This document shows, piece after piece, positions 17,255 to 26,424 of a stretch of 37,868 nucleotides of DNA. The notes beneath the pieces are model-generated. The model saw only the letters and a list, made by a program, of their open reading frames with translations, was not told where the DNA came from and did no database searches. Source of the DNA: Bdellovibrionota bacterium (lineage in GTDB: Bacteria; Bdellovibrionota_C; UBA2361; OMII01); assembly GCA_044356425.1 (NCBI GenBank), contig JBIKWG010000002.1, positions 1 through 37,868 on the forward strand, in the 5' to 3' direction. Position numbers and translations under genes: made by a program. The stretch's first letter is position 1. Each line of letters opens with the position of its first letter.

Positions 17255-18486
17255 ACCTTAGGCAGCTCCGGTTTCTGAACGGTCGGCGCCCACGGAGCGA
17301 CTCGTGGCAGCAATAAATACCCCGGAATAGCAGCTAGTGTGCAGAATACAAAAAACCAGCTCCAGCCTAATGACGCTGCGATGTACCCAGTGGGCGTAGC
17401 GAGAACTGCTCGTGGAATCCCCATAAGGCTCGACAGTAGAGCGTACTGAGTTGCCGAGAAACGCGCGTTGCAGAGCATCCCCATAAAAGTCGCATAAGCA
17501 GCCGTGCCCATACCGAAAGAAAGATTCTCGAATGCAACAATGGCAGCCAGGGTAATCTCGCTGCCAGGTGCATACGGTAGGGCCGCAAACGCAAGAACTC
17601 CTAAAGCTTGCAATACGCCGAAGAGCCACAGTGACTTATTAACTCCCAGGCGCACAATGATGCCGCCTCCGATGAATCCGCCTAGAATCATTGAGATAAG
17701 GCCGAAGGTTTTGACAATCGCTGCGTACTGGGTTTTCGTGAAGCCCATCTCTAAGATAAATGGTGTAGTCATTGCACCGGCAAGGTTGTCGCCTAATTTA
17801 TAGAGAAGGATAAATGCGAGGATCTCCAGTGCACGATGGCGTAGAAAATAGTCCTTCAATGGGCCAATGACAGCTTCCTGGAGTGAAGCAGGAGGTCGCT
17901 CGCCAGTTTGAGGCTCTTTTGACAGAATCGTGCACGCCACACCCACAAGCATGGTGAGCCCAAGGATGCCGTATACACTGCTCCATGGCAGGGCATCTGC
18001 TAACGAAAGCGCAAAGGCGCCCGAGAAAAGCATTCCGCCTCGATAGCCTGCGATAAATGTCGAATTAGCGAAGCCGAACTCGGGGCCGGCAAATGTATCG
18101 CGTCGGTGGGCATCAACAACGATATCTTGGCTCGCGCTGAGAAAAGCGACTAGTACCGCTACTAATCCAACACCCCACGGATGGTTAGAGGGATCTATCT
18201 GTCCAAGCACTACGAGAGCAACGCCCAAGAGCAGCTGAGAAATCGCCATCCACCCTCGACGTCGCCCAAGCAGCGGAAGCGCAAAGCGGTCCATGAGCGG
18301 AGACCAGAGAAACTTTACGGTATATGGAAGCCCAACCAGTGAGTATAGCCCGATCTGTTTAATATCTACTGCCGAGTCTTTAAGAAGTGCCTGTAACGTT
18401 CCTAGTGTAGCCGCCAGGGGGAGGCCCGAGGTAAAACCTAGAAACAGCGTAAGCAGCATATCACGCGTAAATATCCTCTTGAGCAT
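17251..18486 (-). CDS. ampG: AmpG-family muropeptide MFS permease
   Basis: LGFTSGLPLAATLGTLQALL and LGRRRGWMAISQ match AmpG signatures. I prefer the ATG at 18486 (MLKRIF...), which has AGGA 6 nt upstream, over the track start at 18513, which would overlap rnhA by 20 nt. Confidence 0.85.
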   Translation of the reverse strand: MLKRIFTRDMLLTLFLGFTSGLPLAATLGTLQALLKDSAVDIKQIGLYSLVGLPYTVKFLWSPLMDRFALPLLGRRRGWMAISQLLLGVALVVLGQIDPSNHPWGVGLVAVLVAFLSASQDIVVDAHRRDTFAGPEFGFANSTFIAGYRGGMLFSGAFALSLADALPWSSVYGILGLTMLVGVACTILSKEPQTGERPPASLQEAVIGPLKDYFLRHRALEILAFILLYKLGDNLAGAMTTPFILEMGFTKTQYAAIVKTFGLISMILGGFIGGGIIVRLGVNKSLWLFGVLQALGVLAFAALPYAPGSEITLAAIVAFENLSFGMGTAAYATFMGMLCNARFSATQYALLSSLMGIPRAVLATPTGYIAASLGWSWFFVFCTLAAIPGYLLLPRVAPWAPTVQKPELPKV

Positions 18487-18493
18487 CGCTGTC

Positions 18494-18955
18494 CTACTCT
18501 CGCAGCCGCGCAATCTCGAGCCGCGCTAGCTCGTCACAGCGCTCATTTTCAGGATGTCCGGCATGACCTTTAAGCCAATGCCATTCTATGGAATGCCGCA
18601 TCACGAGGGCATCCAGTTCAACCCACTGCTCTTGGTTTTTAACAGGCTTCCTATCCGCAGTTTTCCAGCCGTTCTTCTTCCAGTTGTGAATCCATTGCGT
18701 GATGCCCTGGCGAAGATACTGTGAGTCGGTCCACAGATCGATCGTGCAAGGTTCCTTTAGCGCCTTAAGCGCCTCTATCGCCGCTTGGAGCTCCATCTTG
18801 TTGTTAGTAGTCTCATTTTCACCACCGGACAGCTCTTTTTCTTTGCCATTAAAGCGAAGAATTGCTCCCCAACCACCAGGGCCAGGATTTCCAGAGCAGG
18901 CGCCATCGGTAAATATCTCTATTTTTTTGCTCGGCTTATTATCAACATCAGACAT
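18494..18955 (-). CDS. rnhA: Ribonuclease HI
   Basis: [62 protein letters not shown] and [15 protein letters not shown] together give the canonical RNase H D-E-D-D layout. Confidence 0.95.
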   Translation of the reverse strand: MSDVDNKPSKKIEIFTDGACSGNPGPGGWGAILRFNGKEKELSGGENETTNNKMELQAAIEALKALKEPCTIDLWTDSQYLRQGITQWIHNWKKNGWKTADRKPVKNQEQWVELDALVMRHSIEWHWLKGHAGHPENERCDELARLEIARLRE

Positions 18956-19126
18956 GTCGCTAAGTGTAGCGGGCTAAGACCAAATCGGGGAAGGGTAAAC
19001 CGCGCGGAGTTTAGATGTGACAGTAGAGATTTAGTTCCTTATAGCCCCGGATTCCTTCCGTGAGAGCCACTATCTTTAAGTTCGCTGTTGACGCTTTTGG
19101 TTTGCTGGGTCGATCATGACGGCACT

Positions 19127-20743
19127 ATGAAAGTGAGCACTGCTGCTGCAATAGTTGTTGTTTTGTGTGGCCTGATCGTTCGAAGCGAAGCGCTGTTCTC
19201 TTATTTCTACAATCCTGACGAGTTAATGCACCTTTCGATCTCTCAGGGCGGCTCGCTCATCGAGGTGCTTGAACGGTCTCGAGAAGAAGTACACCCACCA
19301 CTTGAACAGGTCCTTAAGTGGTGTGTTTTGGAGATCACAGACGACATCGATGTTCTGCGCCTAATCTACTGTTTAGTCGGAATGCTCGGTGTTTTTGGTC
19401 TAGCGAGCGCGGCGTATGCGGCTGGAGGTATTAGTGCCGGACTCGCCTGCTTAGCTCTTGCGGGTTTGATGCCAGCCTCGGTCTACTCTTCGGTGTTAAT
19501 CCGAGGCTACGGCCTTTTTCTGCTGACCTCTTCGCTAGCGATAGGTGCGTTTATTCGGCTCTTGCAAGCCACGCCAGGGCGAGTGACTAGACGCTTTTGC
19601 TCGCTCGGTGTCTGGCTGATGCTAGCCTGTGCGACAAATTTTTCTGGCTTCTTGCTGGCTGGCGCTATCTTCTTTGCTCTCCTGTGTTCGCTGTTAAGAC
19701 AGCAAAAATTCAGAGTTATCGGACTCATCCTGATTCTTGCGGTTGTGATTGCTGCAGAGGGGCTCGGGTTTCTTTGGTGGTACTTCTCTTCGGGCACCGG
19801 TGCATTAGAGTGGCGCAGCCTTGCCAGCAGTCACTACTTCGTGAATTGTGCGCGCTTTGCCGAGTATCCCTTTTGGGTCTTGCGACTTCTGACGATCTTC
19901 TCGCCCGTGCCCGCCACTCGCAGCATAATCGAGCTGTCGTGCATCGCGGGAGCTGTTGTTGCGCTGCTCTATTTATATGCCCTGACGGTGTGCGCGCGGC
20001 GTCATCTGGAAGTTGCTTTGTTTGTGGTTAGTGAGTGGGTAATAGCCCTTATTGCGAATTTTTCTGGTATGTATCCACTCGTAGGTCCACGGCATTCAAT
20101 CTATTTGCTTCCTGCGATCTTGATGCCGCTAGCGCTTCTGATTGGCGCGCACATGTCTAAGCGACTTTTACAGCTTGCTGGGCTGGTAGCTTTACTAGCC
20201 GCAGTGATGATGAGGGGCAGCTACTTTGAGCAAGCAAATGATTTTCCACTGACCAAGGTTAACTATGAAGCCGCACGCAGGTACATAGAAAAAGAGCTGT
20301 CGCCCAGCGACCTTATTTTGACTGACCGATTGGGGCTTTTGTACGTGCTTTACGAAAACGACAAGCTCAAGACATTCTATCACAGAGACCAGACGGTTTC
20401 AGTAGGTTCCGTTTGGGGGCGCTCGGTTTATGCCGCAACGCCCGGTCGAATGTGGCAGTTTGGTAAAGCAGACCTGATCTCGCTGCTAACACTAGCGAGA
20501 GAGAGCGAGGCGGCAAGCAATCAAGTAGCCTGGCTTGTATCTTTAGGCTTTAAAGACAACCTGGTTGAACGGATTCGGGTCTGCGCGGCAACGGCTATGA
20601 TGAATATGCGTGGAATGCAGCTGCCTGGGGTCTCGATAACAGGCCTGGCGGTTAAAGACCTTGAAAAGCTCGCCGACCCGCAAGGAGAGTGTCTACTCAG
20701 CTATAAAGAGGATTTCTGCGGCGCAGCTATTTATGGCGAATAG
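19127..20743 (+). CDS. GT-C fold membrane glycosyltransferase (PMT_2 / ArnT-like family)
   Basis: About 10 or more hydrophobic helices plus a ~170-aa C-terminal soluble part. The first loop carries NPDELMH (acidic DE motif) and EVHPPLEQVL, as in ArnT/PMT-type enzymes. The ATG at 19127 (MKVSTAAAIVV...) is preferred over the TTG at 19088. Confidence 0.6.
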   Translation: MKVSTAAAIVVVLCGLIVRSEALFSYFYNPDELMHLSISQGGSLIEVLERSREEVHPPLEQVLKWCVLEITDDIDVLRLIYCLVGMLGVFGLASAAYAAGGISAGLACLALAGLMPASVYSSVLIRGYGLFLLTSSLAIGAFIRLLQATPGRVTRRFCSLGVWLMLACATNFSGFLLAGAIFFALLCSLLRQQKFRVIGLILILAVVIAAEGLGFLWWYFSSGTGALEWRSLASSHYFVNCARFAEYPFWVLRLLTIFSPVPATRSIIELSCIAGAVVALLYLYALTVCARRHLEVALFVVSEWVIALIANFSGMYPLVGPRHSIYLLPAILMPLALLIGAHMSKRLLQLAGLVALLAAVMMRGSYFEQANDFPLTKVNYEAARRYIEKELSPSDLILTDRLGLLYVLYENDKLKTFYHRDQTVSVGSVWGRSVYAATPGRMWQFGKADLISLLTLARESEAASNQVAWLVSLGFKDNLVERIRVCAATAMMNMRGMQLPGVSITGLAVKDLEKLADPQGECLLSYKEDFCGAAIYGE

Positions 20744-20815
20744 CGAAATGCTCAATGAAAAAGAGCGTTATGCTGCCCCACATTGTAAGGAGAATCGCTA
20801 AACGTGTCCCCCACA

Positions 20816-20850
20816 GCAGAGAAGACGAACTGAGGGCTCAACTTCTCTGC
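20816..20850. terminator. Perfect 9-bp stem-loop between the convergent GT-C gene and typA
   Basis: gcagagaag (20816-20824) pairs perfectly with cttctctgc (20842-20850), with a 17-nt loop. No U-tract on either strand, so the terminator role is uncertain. Confidence 0.3.
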
Positions 20851-20875
20851 CCTGGGCGGGTCTTGCTCATGAGGG

Positions 20876-22693
20876 TTATAGAGGGCGCCTGTTAGCCGAC
20901 AGGACCGTCTTTCGAATTCGAATCGTCTTCGGTGTGGCCTCGATGAGCTCGTCGTCTCTAATGAACTCAATCGCACGCTCGAGGGTCATCGGCATTACTG
21001 GCGAGAGGATGATGTTCTCATCCTTTCCTGCTGCGCGGATGTTTGTGAGCTTCTTCTCGCGAACGATATTGACGTTTAAGTCGTTATCTCGATTGTGCTC
21101 GCCAACTACCATGCCCTCATAGACCGTGTCTCCAGGTTCTACGAACATCGTTCCACGCGGCTGCAACCCGAAGATCGCGTAAGCAGTTGCGTCGCCCTGC
21201 CGGTCAGCCACTAGAGAACCGTTCATTCGCGGAGTGAAGTCTCCTTTGAATGGCTCATACCCCTTAAGGTATGAGTTCATCAATCCCGTGCCGCGTGTAT
21301 CAGTCAGAAACTCATTTCGATAACCGATCAGTCCACGTGACGGAATTTCAAATTCAAGGCGAACTCGGCCAGAGCCGTGGTTTACCATGTTGACCATCTT
21401 GCCACGACGAATTGAGAGCTTTTCAGAGATAACGCCGATAAACTGCTCGTCACAGTCTACTACTACGTGCTCGATAGGCTCGCACTTCTCGCCGTTAACT
21501 TCTTTGTAAATAATCTGAGGACGACCAATAGTTACCTCGAAACCCTCACGTCGCATGGTCTCTACGAGGATAGCCATCTGAAACTCGCCGCGGCCACGAA
21601 CTATTACGCTTTCGTCTTCTTTAGAGTCTTCAATCTTGAGGGCTACGTTAAACAGCGCTTCCTTGTAGAGCCTTTCTTTGATCTTCTGAGGCTGCACTAG
21701 CTTTCCATCCCGACCAACAAAGGGGGATGTGCACGCTGTAAATTTCATCGAGATAGTCGGATCGTCGACTGTAATGCGAGGAAGCGCCTCTGGGTTCTCA
21801 AGGGTGCAGATAGTGTCGCCTATGGAGACGTCCTCTACTCCCGATAGGATAATAATCTCGCCTGGCTCTGCGACATCGACTTCTTGAAACGAGATACCCT
21901 GATATACCTGCAGCTTGCTAACACGCAGCGGTTCAACTTTGCCGCCGTCCCCGATCCGGGCAAGGCGTTCGTTCTTCTTTGCCGAGCCGTTAAATACGCG
22001 ACCAATCGCTAGGCGGCCAAGGTAATCAGAGTATGACAAATTCGTAACGAGCATCTGAAACGGCTTGGCCGGATCGTAAGAAGGCCCCGGAATGTGCTCA
22101 ACAATCGTCTCAAAGAGTGGCGCCAAGTTTGTGCCCTTCTCTTCGAGGGTCTTTTGGGCAATTCCATCTCTTCCAATCGCATAGAGCAGCGGAAAGTCGA
22201 GCTGGTCCTCTGTGGCGTCAAGGTCAATAAAGAGGTCGTAAACTTCGTTCAGCACCTCCTGAGGGCGAGCGTCGTGTCTATCAATCTTGTTAATTACAAC
22301 GATGATTGAGCGACGCGCTTCGAGCGCCTTGCGCAATACAAACCGAGTTTGGGGAAGCGGGCCTTCTGACGCATCAACGAGTAGTACCACCCCGTCAACC
22401 ATCATCAGGGCGCGCTCTACCTCTCCACCAAAGTCCGCGTGGCCTGGCGTGTCAAGGATATTGACCTTAACGTCGCCCCACAAAACTGAGCAGTTCTTTG
22501 CGGCAATGGTAATTCCACGCTCACGCTCAAGGTCCATGCTGTCCATAACACGGTCAGCAACCGCTTGATTCTCGCGGAAGAGTCCGCTCTGACGGAATAG
22601 GTGATCAACTAGGGTGGTTTTTCCGTGGTCAACGTGCGCGATGATAGCGATGTTGCGGACTTTTGTGTTTATTTGTTTGTTTTTTTGAGTCAT
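20876..22693 (-). CDS. typA: Translational GTPase TypA/BipA
   Basis: IRNIAIIAHVDHGKTTLVD, DTPGHADFGGEVER and NKIDR GTPase motifs, with full-length collinearity to BipA. The ATG at 22693 (MTQKNK...) gives 605 aa. The 27-codon upstream extension in the track is unlikely. Confidence 0.95.
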   Translation of the reverse strand: MTQKNKQINTKVRNIAIIAHVDHGKTTLVDHLFRQSGLFRENQAVADRVMDSMDLERERGITIAAKNCSVLWGDVKVNILDTPGHADFGGEVERALMMVDGVVLLVDASEGPLPQTRFVLRKALEARRSIIVVINKIDRHDARPQEVLNEVYDLFIDLDATEDQLDFPLLYAIGRDGIAQKTLEEKGTNLAPLFETIVEHIPGPSYDPAKPFQMLVTNLSYSDYLGRLAIGRVFNGSAKKNERLARIGDGGKVEPLRVSKLQVYQGISFQEVDVAEPGEIIILSGVEDVSIGDTICTLENPEALPRITVDDPTISMKFTACTSPFVGRDGKLVQPQKIKERLYKEALFNVALKIEDSKEDESVIVRGRGEFQMAILVETMRREGFEVTIGRPQIIYKEVNGEKCEPIEHVVVDCDEQFIGVISEKLSIRRGKMVNMVNHGSGRVRLEFEIPSRGLIGYRNEFLTDTRGTGLMNSYLKGYEPFKGDFTPRMNGSLVADRQGDATAYAIFGLQPRGTMFVEPGDTVYEGMVVGEHNRDNDLNVNIVREKKLTNIRAAGKDENIILSPVMPMTLERAIEFIRDDELIEATPKTIRIRKTVLSANRRPL

Positions 22694-22894
22694 GACCTGC
22701 GCATGGTAGCCTAGCCAGGGCAATTGCTCAACGTGCTGGGGCCTTATTTTGGCGCGAAACGAAGCGATTGACACGGCAAGGGCCGCGCTTAACGCCGAGT
22801 CTGCCGTTTTAGGCCCGCGTCAGCGTGTGATCAGAAGGAACCAGGTTTCTGCATTTCATGACTTATCGCGGCGACTTATAAGGTATTTGGCAGC

Positions 22895-24133
22895 ATGGCA
22901 CCCCCAACAGTGGCACACACAACAAAGCTCACACGGTACATTTTTATAGGGATGCTGCTCGGCGTTGCCTTTGGGATGCTCCTGGGCAACCAGGCTGCTC
23001 CTCTAGGGGCAGCCGGCAAATATTTTATCCAGCTTATTAAGGTGCTGGCTATCCCGTTAGTGTTTTTTAGCATCCTTGACGCCGTAGTCTCTACCTCAAT
23101 CTCACGACATAAGACGCTGCGATGGCTCGGGGTAATCTTGCTTAACTCGGGCGTAGCGTTGGGGTTGGGACTGCTGCTCTCTAATTTATTTGCGCCTGGT
23201 CAGGGCTTTCAGCTTGGCATTGCTCAGGTTGCGAAACCGCAGGAGGTTTCAGCCGCACAAATCAATCTGCCCCAAGTTCTCGCAAGCTTGGTTCCAGCGA
23301 GTATTATTCAACCGTTTGCCGAAAATAACATCTTAACAGTTGTCCTGCTCGCGCTCTTAGTTGGCGCGGCTACGAGGTCCTATCTTCATTCAGGCCAGGC
23401 TGAGGTCTCTTTTCAGCAGACCGAGAGAGCCATCAGAGCATCAGCTGCAATTGTAACTGTGTTGCTGCTTTGGCTGGTTAAGCTCGCGCCGCTTGCGGTG
23501 TTCTGCGTGACCGCAAAAACAGTTGGTGAGAGTGGGCTTGCGCCGTTTAAGGGGCTCGCCGTGTATGTTGGTCTGGGAGTCTTTGGGATGTTGCTGCAGA
23601 TCTGCCTGGTATACTCGGCCTGGATATCCCTCGTCGCCCGAATTCCGATCAGAGCTTTTATAAAAGCCGCACACACTCCTGTTCTGCATGCTTTTGGCAC
23701 AAACTCTAGTTTGGCAACGCTGCCGCTCACACTTCAGGCGCTTGACGCTCTCAAAGTTCATAAAAGCTCCTCGCGGTTGGCAGCCTGCATTGGCACTAAC
23801 TTCAATAACGACGGCATCCTGCTGTATGAAGCGATGGCTGTGCTGTTTGTCGCTCAAGCGGCGGGTCTCGAACTCTCCCTGAGCGAGCAGCTTCTCGCGG
23901 CGTTTATAAGTTTGATAGCAGCCGTAGGAGTTGCCGGAGTGCCAGAGGCTGGAGTCGTGTCGCTATCCTTAGTGCTTGCTTCGGTGGGATTGCCACTTGA
24001 GTGCGTACCACTTCTGCTAACGGTTGATTGGATCGTCGCGCGTGTGCGCTCGGTAACTAACGTTCTGAGTGATATGACAGTCTCAATCGCTCTCGATGCC
24101 TTAACCGAGGCACGCCCGTCTCATAGACGTTAA
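22895..24133 (+). CDS. Dicarboxylate/amino acid:cation symporter (DAACS family)
   Basis: 412-aa multi-pass protein. The family motifs GTNSSLATLPLT and NFNNDGILLYEAMAVLFVAQAAG are present. Confidence 0.9.
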   Translation: MAPPTVAHTTKLTRYIFIGMLLGVAFGMLLGNQAAPLGAAGKYFIQLIKVLAIPLVFFSILDAVVSTSISRHKTLRWLGVILLNSGVALGLGLLLSNLFAPGQGFQLGIAQVAKPQEVSAAQINLPQVLASLVPASIIQPFAENNILTVVLLALLVGAATRSYLHSGQAEVSFQQTERAIRASAAIVTVLLLWLVKLAPLAVFCVTAKTVGESGLAPFKGLAVYVGLGVFGMLLQICLVYSAWISLVARIPIRAFIKAAHTPVLHAFGTNSSLATLPLTLQALDALKVHKSSSRLAACIGTNFNNDGILLYEAMAVLFVAQAAGLELSLSEQLLAAFISLIAAVGVAGVPEAGVVSLSLVLASVGLPLECVPLLLTVDWIVARVRSVTNVLSDMTVSIALDALTEARPSHRR

Positions 24134-24396
24134 AAGACAAAGTGCACATAGGCGGCAGATAATCGGGGGGGCGATTCCTTGCTACGACACTTCCCGCCGG
24201 TAAGCTTCCGCCGCTGTGCTGCTTTATAGGGAGCACTAGGGGCAGGGCCTAGCCGCGGAGCAGGATCAACGCTGGCAAAAAGTCAGAAGCCCAACTGTAA
24301 GGTCGGACGATCGGGTAGCTTTATGGAGGTCGCGGCACCGAATGTTTTTGCCGACTTGCCTTTTTGATTGCCCTGTCTAGCGCTGAAGCGAGAACA

Positions 24397-26334
24397 CTAT
24401 GCCCCACACAGCTGCCGATATACCTCTTCTAGATGCGCAACGAATGTATGATGCTGACCTAAGGAGCTTGATTGAAAGCACGATCGAAGTGAGTTTCTAA
24501 GCGATATCAATCGGCTGCGGTCGGTAGCCAGCTGCTGAGCTATTGAAATAAATTCATCAGGATTTTTTGCAGCTAGTTCGCTGACACCAACTCGCTCAAG
24601 GATGCTAAATGAGACCCTTGATACATGAGAGCTACCTCGTATTGTGACCACAGGCACGCCCATCAGTAACGCATCGCAGGTAGTTGTTGTTCCATTGTAG
24701 GGAAATGTATCAAGCGCGATATCTACTTCATTATAGAATTTCAAGTGGGCATCTTCACCAGGCAGGTATCCAAAGAAGGCTAAGCGAGCCGGGTCTAATC
24801 CATAACGGGCGAGAGATTCAGTTACATGGGTGCGCGTACTGGAATCGTCAAACCACGAAGATTTTAATGAAAGGCGGGCTGATGGAACTGCTTGCAGCAC
24901 GGCAGCCCAGCTTGAAAGCGTTTGAGTGCTCAACTTGCGGGTATTGCTGGCGCTGCCGAAGGTGACATACCCGTTTCTTAGCAGTGGCGAAGCGCTCACG
25001 TGAGGCAATGGATGAAGCGACTCATAACAATTAAATCCGAGCTGTAGTCGGATAAGTTTTTCGGTGCAGTGCGCCTGAAGTTCATCGGGATCGGTCCACC
25101 TGTCAACAAAGCGGTAATCGATTGAACGCATTCCGGTAGTGGCAGGATATCCCAGCCAACTGCACACCACAGGCGCCGGCTTAACAGCAAGGGCAGAGAG
25201 CCGATTGTTTTCGGTGTGTCCATTTAGCTCAATTAAGATATCGAGCCGATCCGAACGTATACAATCGTTTAGCTGCTGGTCTGACATGTGCGCAACGAAT
25301 GTAAGGTGCGGAAAACGGCTCTGACAAAAAGCGGTTGCTGCGTCGGGGCGACGCACGCTGGCATAGACGAATACTTCAACATCTGCCGAGTGATGAAGTA
25401 AAACTGGCAGAAGAAATTTTAATGACGCGTGTTCTCGCAGATCCGATGTGAGGTATCCAACCCGAAGCCGCCGCAGAGAGCCATTGGGTGAGACCAATGG
25501 CTCTCGGTCATCTGAAAAAGCTTGTGGTTTTGTAGCTGCTGGGCAGAAGCGAGCAGCCCATTCTTCGTGGCGGGCGCGAATGCTCAGTGGATCAATTCCA
25601 TCGGGATACAGAAGCCCCATCAGCATGTTTGCAAAAATGAGTTGATTAGAGCTGCTATTCAGGGCTACTTCAAATTGCTTGAGCATGTCGTGGTGTCTGG
25701 CCGCGTCGAGGTATGCATTGGCTAGGTTGCTCATGCACACGGTAAGTGCCGGATTGAGCCTGAGTGCACGCTCGAAAGAATCGATGGCTTCTGACAATTT
25801 ACCCTCGGCACGCTGGAGGCAGCCGATATTGTTGTAGGTCATAGCCTCATCCAGGTTGCTTTGAGTGATATAGAGTGCTGATTCCAACGCGCGGTTGTAA
25901 AGCATCCGAGCAGATTCGAAGTTGCGCCCCTCGAACTCAAGGAGGCCCAGCGCATTCAGAGCATTTGCATAGCTGGGGTCAATCCTTAAGGCCTCGGTCA
26001 GATCGTGGCGAGCCGAAGCGGTGTCTCCTAAGCACTTGAGAGAGATTGCTTTGTGAACAAGAAATTCAGCCGAGTGCGGGTTGAGACGGAGGCTCTCTTC
26101 GTATGCGGCGATTGCCTCGTGATGCCTATCTAATCCGGCAAGGCACCTGCCGATGTTGCCCCACGTAGGCCCAAAAGACGGAAAGCTGGCTAGGCATTTT
26201 TGATAGCTGGCCAACGCACTCTGTAAGTCGCCTGCCGCGTGTTGAGCTGCAGCTTCATTGAACAGCTCCTCAAATTCAGGCGTTATAACGGGAGCTTTTA
26301 TCATGATACAGTTTGCGAGGATGACAAATGCCAA
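24397..26334 (-). CDS. TPR-repeat protein fused to a GT41 (SPINDLY/O-GlcNAc-transferase-like) glycosyltransferase domain
   Basis: The N-terminal half is repeated TPR units (AIAAYEESLRLNP, ALRIDPSYANALNALG, ERALRLNP). The C-terminal half ends with DIALDTFPYNGTTTTCDALLMGVPVVT, typical of GT41. The track start is TTG at 26334; an alternative ATG is at 26304. Confidence 0.8.
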   Translation of the reverse strand: MAFVILANCIMIKAPVITPEFEELFNEAAAQHAAGDLQSALASYQKCLASFPSFGPTWGNIGRCLAGLDRHHEAIAAYEESLRLNPHSAEFLVHKAISLKCLGDTASARHDLTEALRIDPSYANALNALGLLEFEGRNFESARMLYNRALESALYITQSNLDEAMTYNNIGCLQRAEGKLSEAIDSFERALRLNPALTVCMSNLANAYLDAARHHDMLKQFEVALNSSSNQLIFANMLMGLLYPDGIDPLSIRARHEEWAARFCPAATKPQAFSDDREPLVSPNGSLRRLRVGYLTSDLREHASLKFLLPVLLHHSADVEVFVYASVRRPDAATAFCQSRFPHLTFVAHMSDQQLNDCIRSDRLDILIELNGHTENNRLSALAVKPAPVVCSWLGYPATTGMRSIDYRFVDRWTDPDELQAHCTEKLIRLQLGFNCYESLHPLPHVSASPLLRNGYVTFGSASNTRKLSTQTLSSWAAVLQAVPSARLSLKSSWFDDSSTRTHVTESLARYGLDPARLAFFGYLPGEDAHLKFYNEVDIALDTFPYNGTTTTCDALLMGVPVVTIRGSSHVSRVSFSILERVGVSELAAKNPDEFISIAQQLATDRSRLISLRNSLRSCFQSSSLGQHHTFVAHLEEVYRQLCGA

Positions 26335-26424
26335 GAGGTATACCCTAGCTGGCTGCGTCGGATCTATACCGAAAGAGAAGGGGTCAAGCTAAGTAAAAAC
26401 AGCACAAAAGCATTAGTGGCAGCC

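Noticed and set aside
24161-24200. The tmRNA-like 5' end GGGGGGGCGATTCCTTGCTACGAC resembles GGGGCUGAUUCUGGAUUCGAC of ssrA.
   Set aside because: No T-arm (GGTTCGAATCC-type) or CCA-proximal acceptor partner follows. No plausible tag ORF ending in ..ALAA-stop is present. Only ~230 nt are available before the next gene, whereas a tmRNA needs ~350 nt.
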